From Dehalococcoidia bacterium UBA6627 (GTDB lineage: Bacteria; Chloroflexota; Dehalococcoidia; UBA2979), in NCBI GenBank assembly GCA_002455955.1, contig DKLZ01000022.1:932-64931 (forward strand): a DNA stretch of 64,000 bases, written 5' to 3'. Under the pieces are notes generated by a model. It made no database searches. It was given only the letters and a program-made list of their open reading frames with translations, and was not told where the DNA came from. Below, in pieces: positions 58,165 to 64,000 of the stretch (position 1 is the stretch's first letter; each line of letters starts with the position of its first letter). A program made the position numbers and the translations under genes.

Positions 58165-60522
58165 AGCTTTACTTCTGTGGAACCGCCGTGGCAGCAAAAA
58201 TTTGTTGAAAGTATTCCGCCACAGCTGATTACGTGCGACCCGATAACTATCGGTCACAGCTTCCACCTCGTTAACTTTCAAAGTTTTATTCCCATAGCAG
58301 GCAACATTGTAGTTCTTAGCTAGTATCTCGAAATCTTCACTAGCACCTACCACATCACTAATTATGTGAGCTTCCTCGAGAGGTGTGTCCGACGGTCGAC
58401 TTTCAATCCCGCCCCAACTAGCAAGGCGCTGAAGTTTAGCCCACTGACGATGAGCTAGCGTCAATTTGCGAACCGGATACTCCCACGCAAACCGCAACGA
58501 AATAATGATGGAAACAAGCGCTACAGTGGCAAACATTAATATCGTCAGGAACCTAACTATGACCTCTCCGACACCCGAGGAGGTATCGAAGCTACCTCCT
58601 CGGAAAGTCCCGGCCTCACCAAGCTGATCTTCGAGCAGTGCTTCTAATTCGAGTAATTCAGCTTCCGCATCGAATGGACTTACCGAGTTATCTGAATCAC
58701 TAGGTAACCATTGAGGCGCAGCATCACCACTTAAGCGTGTTACGAGATCACGTCCTGAAGTAGGGTTGAATTCCACCCAACCCAGACTAGGAAAGTAGAC
58801 CTCCGTCCAAGCCCAAGCATCACGCTCAGAAAGTCTGTATGCCTTCGTAGCCTCATCGAAGTTCTTTGGTTCGAGAACAAATCCAACTGCGACGCGAGCA
58901 GGAATATCTAATGTACGAAGCAATACAGTCATCGCTGAGGCATGATGATTGAAATTGCCTGCTTTCGAGTCAAAGAGAAAATAATCAACTTCGTCTCTTA
59001 GAGGTGGCGCGTCTGGAACATTGAGTGAATACGCGTAGCTGGTCCGCAGATATGCCTCGATCGTACGAGCTATAGATAGTGGGTGCCTACCGCCGCTGAG
59101 ACTTCTTGCAAGTTCACCAATCGCCTCAGGAAGATCATCGGGTAATTGAGTGTAACGCGAACGAATCGCGGGTGGATATTCAACTTCTGTCGCTAGAATT
59201 GTGTCTATGGTGGCTGCTGAGATAGATCCAACTACCACATATTCATCACCTTCCTCAAGGCGATCCTGAGGTGCTATTCCCACTACATCCTCTGCGTTCG
59301 CTCCCAGAAGCAATGATCCAGAGACATCAGTGGTGATCGGATCGCCGAACGATAACAAACGTCCGTTAGGGGCTGATCCGAGCACATTCACCTCTAGTCT
59401 TATAGGGCGGCGGGTTTGGCTTTGGGATAGTTGTGTCCCAAACTCAGCAGCTTCAACCGTGATGCCAATAACAGGCTGAACTGTGATATCAGAAATCAGC
59501 CAACCAGTACCGATATACCTGTCATAAACCGCACCTCGCAAGTTACCTTGATTAGTCGCAGTCACTTCCATCAATGGCTCGGAACTCAGATTAACTTTTC
59601 CTTGAAGGGGAAGGACCTCTCCAAAACTATGTACCGGTAGATCACGTTTTGAAGACACACCTACAAAGACACGTCCGAGGTTGTCCAATCGGTCAGACAC
59701 TGGATCGATAACTCGCTCCCAGCGATGAGCGATCGGCTCCCAATGATTTGCAGTAGGAACCAACCAAGCACTGACCACCAAAATCAATGCAACCAACATC
59801 CCGCTGGAAGCTACCTCTAGGGAAAGTTGATCAGGCCACACTGTTCGAGTACGACGCCAGTGAGATAGCGCACGAGTGAAATGAAGCTGTAACACCAATA
59901 AGACAGCGACTGTGAGGAAAAGCCCTAACTGCAATGAAGGCTGTCCTGGGAGATATGAAATGTTGGTCAGGAGTACAAATCCAGGAGGCGTAAGTGCCAC
60001 CCAAGCGTTTTTCCATCGCACCACAGACCATGTGCTTATGTACGAGACTGCCCAAGTAGCGAAAACAAGCATCATCACAAAAGGCATCGGATCGCTGGAC
60101 ACACCGCCCTCGATTAGTGCGGAGCTCCAATCATGCAATCTAAGCCATAGTTCCGACCAACGTGTCTGGACACCCGCTCCGAGCAACGGATCAGCAAGTT
60201 GCATATTCTTTAGAATTAGAACCAATATCCAAGAAAGGCCGAATACCAAGCCAAGAGTGTGAACTATTAACGAACGAACCGGAAACTTTGCTAACGTCCA
60301 ACTACACACAAATCCAAACAGCCCTGTGGCCGTGAGAGATGGCATCTCATCGACCCAGTTCGCTTGCTCCAAAGAATGAGTCATTATCATCAACACGAGA
60401 AAAAGCAGGACAGGATTCAGCCAGTTTTCAGTGCGTAGGAATATCCCTAACAACCCAGAGCGACGTTTGAACTCATCGTACCGAGGCCCACGATAGAGTT
60501 CGGTCCAGTTAACCGAACTCAT
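58120..60522 (-). CDS. TgpA-like transglutaminase-domain membrane protein (DUF3488 - TGase-like core - DUF4129 architecture); predicted catalytically inactive
   Basis: Multi-TM N-terminus. Core ...GNFNHHASAMTVLLRTLDIPARVAVGF...DAWAWTEVYFPSLGWVEFNPTSG aligns to the TGase G-x-C-x-H-F-A...IPAR...HAW.EVY...GWV.FDPT pattern with C->F, H->D, D->N. C-terminal TM. 45-nt convergent overlap with the VWA/TPR gene. Confidence 0.75.
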   Translation of the reverse strand: MSSVNWTELYRGPRYDEFKRRSGLLGIFLRTENWLNPVLLFLVLMIMTHSLEQANWVDEMPSLTATGLFGFVCSWTLAKFPVRSLIVHTLGLVFGLSWILVLILKNMQLADPLLGAGVQTRWSELWLRLHDWSSALIEGGVSSDPMPFVMMLVFATWAVSYISTWSVVRWKNAWVALTPPGFVLLTNISYLPGQPSLQLGLFLTVAVLLVLQLHFTRALSHWRRTRTVWPDQLSLEVASSGMLVALILVVSAWLVPTANHWEPIAHRWERVIDPVSDRLDNLGRVFVGVSSKRDLPVHSFGEVLPLQGKVNLSSEPLMEVTATNQGNLRGAVYDRYIGTGWLISDITVQPVIGITVEAAEFGTQLSQSQTRRPIRLEVNVLGSAPNGRLLSFGDPITTDVSGSLLLGANAEDVVGIAPQDRLEEGDEYVVVGSISAATIDTILATEVEYPPAIRSRYTQLPDDLPEAIGELARSLSGGRHPLSIARTIEAYLRTSYAYSLNVPDAPPLRDEVDYFLFDSKAGNFNHHASAMTVLLRTLDIPARVAVGFVLEPKNFDEATKAYRLSERDAWAWTEVYFPSLGWVEFNPTSGRDLVTRLSGDAAPQWLPSDSDNSVSPFDAEAELLELEALLEDQLGEAGTFRGGSFDTSSGVGEVIVRFLTILMFATVALVSIIISLRFAWEYPVRKLTLAHRQWAKLQRLASWGGIESRPSDTPLEEAHIISDVVGASEDFEILAKNYNVACYGNKTLKVNEVEAVTDSYRVARNQLWRNTFNKFLLPRRFHRSKASPVRSSFRVPGNSI

Positions 60523-61883
60523 GCTCTGGTCTCATTTTGAAAATCTGGCCTCGAGCTAATACTGAGCGCCTGTACAAGATCTTCACCATATGTAATCTTG
60601 TAAGTAAATACGCCAGCAGCAAGCAGCGACTCGTAAACGTCAAAAGAATCTGCTGCGGGTCCGTAGCTGCTCGCCTCAAGGAGCACGGACGCAACCTTGA
60701 CTCCACGCGCCGATAGATGCCCTAACGTGAACACCCATTCATTGTCCGTTGAGGGCGTCACCACAACTACCGTTGTGTGACGACCGAAACGACGAGACTC
60801 TTCAGCAATAAGGTTTTTCAGTGGAACATCGCCGGATGCACGCGCGCGCGTCAGGGCCTCAAGTATGCGTGTGTAATGGTTCTCGCCACGATTAGCCTCT
60901 TCAATACGGAGGCTATCACCAAAGGAAATCAATCCAACCGACCGATTTGCGCTGGCGAAGTAACGAGCAATGGAGGCACATATTTGGATCGAGGCTTCCT
61001 CAGTTCCATCTTCGCTATCGCCCACGTGACTTGAGGACTGGAGATCGAGGATGATCCAGATATCCGAGGCAGGATCAAGTTCGAATTGCTTTACCATCGG
61101 CCTGCCTATACGCGCAGTGGCCGGCCAATGAATCCGATTATAAGAATCTCCGGGAGAATACTCGCGAATATCGGACACCATAGGTGTCACATTCTGCGTA
61201 CGGCGGCGAAAGCGACCTTCCCCTGGCTGATTTGCAGGAGGAATGTAAAAGTCTCTTAGCTCAGGCGCGTTTGGATAGACAAGAATCGAGGAAGTTCCCC
61301 CAAAAACACGACTCATCCGAAAAAAACCAAACGGATCGGTGGCTACTACACTCAGTGGCCCGAGCTCATATATTCCGCGAACCCGTGTCGGTGTTGAGTA
61401 AGTCCAAGAAACAATACCTCTCGGGGCCAAAGTGACTATGCGCCGTGAGCCATGGAACGTTACTGAGGAGCGATCCTCGATTTCGAGCCAGAGCTTTGGG
61501 AGCCACGAGCTCGATCGAATGATAATTCGCCCTTCTAGAGACTGCCCTTGGACCACGCTATGAGTACGGCGAGTCAAATCGACTTCGAGCCTTCGCACCA
61601 TAGAACGTGTCCAAAGGTAGAATCCACAAACCGCGAATACGACGATGTAGAAGAGCCTAAAAAGCAACCAAAACCCTGTTGCTAACCCCAACGAGGCACA
61701 GATTAATCCGATGCAGCACGCTATCGTCGCATTCGGATAACGACGTGCGAAACTGATGAATCGATCGATCAGGCGCAAGAGTAACGCCTCAAATACTCCC
61801 GCGGGCGCGAGCGCCCGGGACTGGAACTCGTTCGATCGCCTCATCAACAATCTGTGCGCTGTCAATTTCTCGAACTCGGGCAC
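60519..61883 (-). CDS. DUF58-domain protein with N-terminal TM helices (module 2)
   Basis: DUF58 core ([30 protein letters not shown]). ATGA overlap with the TgpA-like gene. GTG start at 61883 overlaps moxR by 95 nt; ATG 61844 and TTG 61778 (with GAGG SD) are alternatives. Confidence 0.75.
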   Translation of the reverse strand: MPEFEKLTAHRLLMRRSNEFQSRALAPAGVFEALLLRLIDRFISFARRYPNATIACCIGLICASLGLATGFWLLFRLFYIVVFAVCGFYLWTRSMVRRLEVDLTRRTHSVVQGQSLEGRIIIRSSSWLPKLWLEIEDRSSVTFHGSRRIVTLAPRGIVSWTYSTPTRVRGIYELGPLSVVATDPFGFFRMSRVFGGTSSILVYPNAPELRDFYIPPANQPGEGRFRRRTQNVTPMVSDIREYSPGDSYNRIHWPATARIGRPMVKQFELDPASDIWIILDLQSSSHVGDSEDGTEEASIQICASIARYFASANRSVGLISFGDSLRIEEANRGENHYTRILEALTRARASGDVPLKNLIAEESRRFGRHTTVVVVTPSTDNEWVFTLGHLSARGVKVASVLLEASSYGPAADSFDVYESLLAAGVFTYKITYGEDLVQALSISSRPDFQNETRA

Positions 61884-62790
61884 TAGGACTTGCTATTATC
61901 CGATGCCCTAACGTTGGATAAGCCAGTAATTTGATGTCGTCAGGTTGCACGAAATCCCGACCACTTAACATTGCAAACGCCTGCGAAGACCTCATAAGAG
62001 CCAGCGACCCACGAGGCGAAGCTCCTAGATAAGCACTCTCGTGTTCTCGAGTCGAAGAAACCAAATCAACGATGTATTGCTTAATGAGAGGATCGACATA
62101 TGTTTCGCTGACCGATGCTTGCAATGCGACCACTTCATCTTTATTCGAAACTGCGGTCAGTTTTTCGATTGGATGTTGCTTTTCCTGTGCATCCATAATT
62201 AGCACTTCTTCTGTCGCGGCCGGATATCCAAGATGGATACGCAAGAGAAAGCGATCCAACTGCGCCTCGGGTAACGGGAAAGTTCCCTCATACTCAATTG
62301 GATTCTGCGTCGCCATGACCATAAAAGGTTTGGGAAGCGGATGTGTTATTCCGTCAATAGTGACTTGATCCTCTTCCATTGCTTCCAGAAGCGCTGATTG
62401 TGTTTTCGGAGTTGCTCGGTTCACTTCATCCGCCAATACAACTTCAGCCATAATCGGACCAGCACGAAATTCGAACCCGCCGGACTCTTGGCGATATATC
62501 GAGACGCCCGTAACGTCCGTAGGCAACAGATCAGGTGTGAATTGGATACGAGAAAGCTGGCATCCAACAGACGTCGCTAACGCGCGGGCTAACATCGTTT
62601 TACCTACGCCAGGAACATCCTCGATAAGTAAATGCCCTCGGCATAGCAGCGCAATCAGCGCCAATTGTATTTCATACTCTTTACCAATAATCACGCGATT
62701 AATGTTTTCAAGAATACGTTCAGAGACAAGTTTGGGGTCTTCCACGGGGCCTCCCCACAGACTATTCCACGTCCTGCCGAGCCTATGCAC
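61789..62790 (-). CDS. MoxR-family AAA+ ATPase (module 2)
   Basis: VPGVGKT Walker [10 protein letters not shown] Walker [11 protein letters not shown] motif. 333 aa. Confidence 0.85.
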   Translation of the reverse strand: MHRLGRTWNSLWGGPVEDPKLVSERILENINRVIIGKEYEIQLALIALLCRGHLLIEDVPGVGKTMLARALATSVGCQLSRIQFTPDLLPTDVTGVSIYRQESGGFEFRAGPIMAEVVLADEVNRATPKTQSALLEAMEEDQVTIDGITHPLPKPFMVMATQNPIEYEGTFPLPEAQLDRFLLRIHLGYPAATEEVLIMDAQEKQHPIEKLTAVSNKDEVVALQASVSETYVDPLIKQYIVDLVSSTREHESAYLGASPRGSLALMRSSQAFAMLSGRDFVQPDDIKLLAYPTLGHRIIASPSARVREIDSAQIVDEAIERVPVPGARARGSI

Positions 62791-62916
62791 TCCTGAAAAT
62801 CAAACCCACGATATCTCGAATCGGAGACGTTAGGCGCACCAACTTAGTTTTATAGCGGCTGCTGAAGTATAGCCAATTAAGAAACACTCGGATCTTTTAG
62901 CTTGATCAAAGTAAGT

Positions 62917-63849
62917 TCATACAGGAGCTGGGTTGACGGTCAATACTAAACATGCCCAATCACCCTGAGTATGCATCTCAAGTTTTGAAAGTCCAAACCG
63001 TCGAGCCACTTCCTCAACCTCATATACGTCTCTCTCGAGAAACCCGCTAACGATAGCCCGACCATTCGATGAAAGCACTTTCGAAAGCATCGACAGCAAG
63101 TCGAGCACTGTCGCTGAGGAAATATTTACAACTACCAAATCCATATTTCGAGCATCACCCATTAACAATGGAGCTCTTCTAAGAGCCCCGACGCAAGCCG
63201 TGATTTGCTCGGATACTCCATTCGTAAGAGCGTTGTTTTCAGTCACGCGTATCGCCTCAGGATCAATATCTAACGCATAGACTTTCGCTGCACCGAGTTT
63301 GACAGCGGCGATCGCAAGAATTCCTGAACCGCATCCCACGTCGATCATCGACGAACCGGCCTGAACCTGATCTTCTATTGCGCTGAGACAGAGCTGAGTT
63401 GTTTCGTGTTGCCCTGTACCAAATGCTGCACCGGGATCGAGATTAAGAACGATATCTCCAACTTGAGCCTCATAATCAAGCCAAGAAGGCTGAATAACTA
63501 TTCGTTTTCCAACATGCTCGATTGTGTAAAAGCACTTCCACTTTTCGGACCAGTCGCCCGAGTCCAGTTCATGAAACATTGTGACTGGCGACATTCCAGC
63601 AAACTCGATCTTTTCAAGAAAGCTCTCAACCATTGAATACGTTTGAGTCGCTGATGTTGACTCGACATAGCCACGAACAGCTACCGGTTCGTCTAATTCC
63701 ACATATCCGAAATCGCGAGAATCTAGGCGTTGGATTTGTGGCTCTATTGCGATGCCTTCACCTGTAATTTCAGAGAGCATCCAAGAAGCCGCTTCCACGT
63801 CTTCGGGAGAGACGAGGATAGTAATTTCGATCCAGCGTTCCAGAATCAC
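62917..63849 (-). CDS. prmA: Ribosomal protein L11 methyltransferase
   Basis: SAM-binding DVGCGSGILAIAA motif and a PrmA N-terminal domain. Sits immediately downstream of dnaJ. Confidence 0.85.
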   Translation of the reverse strand: MILERWIEITILVSPEDVEAASWMLSEITGEGIAIEPQIQRLDSRDFGYVELDEPVAVRGYVESTSATQTYSMVESFLEKIEFAGMSPVTMFHELDSGDWSEKWKCFYTIEHVGKRIVIQPSWLDYEAQVGDIVLNLDPGAAFGTGQHETTQLCLSAIEDQVQAGSSMIDVGCGSGILAIAAVKLGAAKVYALDIDPEAIRVTENNALTNGVSEQITACVGALRRAPLLMGDARNMDLVVVNISSATVLDLLSMLSKVLSSNGRAIVSGFLERDVYEVEEVARRFGLSKLEMHTQGDWACLVLTVNPAPV

Positions 63850-63855
63850 GAGAGC

Positions 63856-64000
63856 TTAGCTAAATGCTCCGCGAATACGATCAAAAAGCGAGCCGTCCGT
63901 GGGCACCTCAGGGGTACCAAGAGAGTCTGCAAGCTCGGTGAGAAGTTCTTTCTGCTCATCAGAAAGTTTGTTCGGCGTAACTACATGAGTGCGCACGAGC
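63856..64000 (-). CDS. dnaJ: Chaperone DnaJ, C-terminal fragment; the 5' end lies outside the window
   Basis: Reverse-strand translation ...VVTPNKLSDEQKELLTELADSLGTPEVPTDGSLFDRIRGAFS* matches the DnaJ C-terminal dimerisation tail (...L.e.Qk.ll.el...). Confidence 0.55.
   Translation of the reverse strand, partial: LVRTHVVTPNKLSDEQKELLTELADSLGTPEVPTDGSLFDRIRGAFS

Noticed and set aside
1-64000. CRISPR arrays, integrases, transposases, prophage or toxin-antitoxin modules
   Set aside because: No direct-repeat/spacer periodicity, recombinase or transposase-like ORFs, or small paired toxin/antitoxin ORFs were seen. The window is essentially all core genome.

Overview
This is a gene-dense bacterial chromosomal window made up almost entirely of core housekeeping loci. 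Every stretch longer than about 150 nt is accounted for by a CDS or a recognisable RNA or regulatory element. There are no CRISPR arrays, integrases, transposases or prophage genes. The least ordinary part is 52.5-62.8 kb, where two paralogous MoxR-DUF58 modules face each other.

Content in order:
- 1-4 kb: CoaBC C-terminus (partial), VOC/glyoxalase, leucyl aminopeptidase PepA, PAP2-type membrane protein, DegV.
- 4-9.6 kb: rpsO-pnp operon with a trailing HAD hydrolase, then a split transketolase (N and C subunits).
- 9.7-14.8 kb: a small membrane ORF, glycerate kinase, a two-gene operon (zincin-like metallopeptidase plus a 'DDTD' protein of unknown function), a GH clan A-like lipoprotein and an acyl-CoA dehydrogenase.
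- 15-23 kb: rpoB-rpoC. The rpoB leader carries an intrinsic terminator, and beta' carries a large lineage-specific insertion.
- 23-29 kb: B12-binding radical SAM protein, ispD-ispF, cysE-cysS.
- 29-35 kb: tRNA-Thr/Tyr/Thr-tuf cluster, then rpmG-secE-nusG-rplK-rplA-(L10 leader attenuator)-rplJ-rplL. rpmG and the 9.77 kb small membrane ORF are below the ORF-track cutoff.
- 35-41 kb: LysM protein and CvpA-like membrane proteins, then a minus-strand block of pheA, two TrkA-type regulatory subunits, UspA and a metallophosphoesterase.
- 41-52.5 kb: pdxS-pdxT, a SpoIIIAA/Ycf45-like AAA ATPase with a C-terminal R3H domain, tmk, thiolase, thrB-lysC, dnaE.
- 52.5-62.8 kb: a Bat-like operon on the plus strand (moxR-DUF58-signal/TM protein-VWA-VWA/TPR) runs tail-to-tail into a minus-strand moxR-DUF58-transglutaminase-like operon. 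The two 3' ends overlap by 45 nt. In the transglutaminase-like protein all three catalytic-triad positions appear substituted (C->F, H->D, D->N), so it is a predicted pseudo-enzyme.
- 62.9-64 kb: prmA and the 3' end of dnaJ.

The split transketolase, the unfused IspD/IspF and the Thermus-like beta' insertion suggest a Terrabacteria lineage, possibly Chloroflexota. This is inferred from gene content only; no database search was possible.
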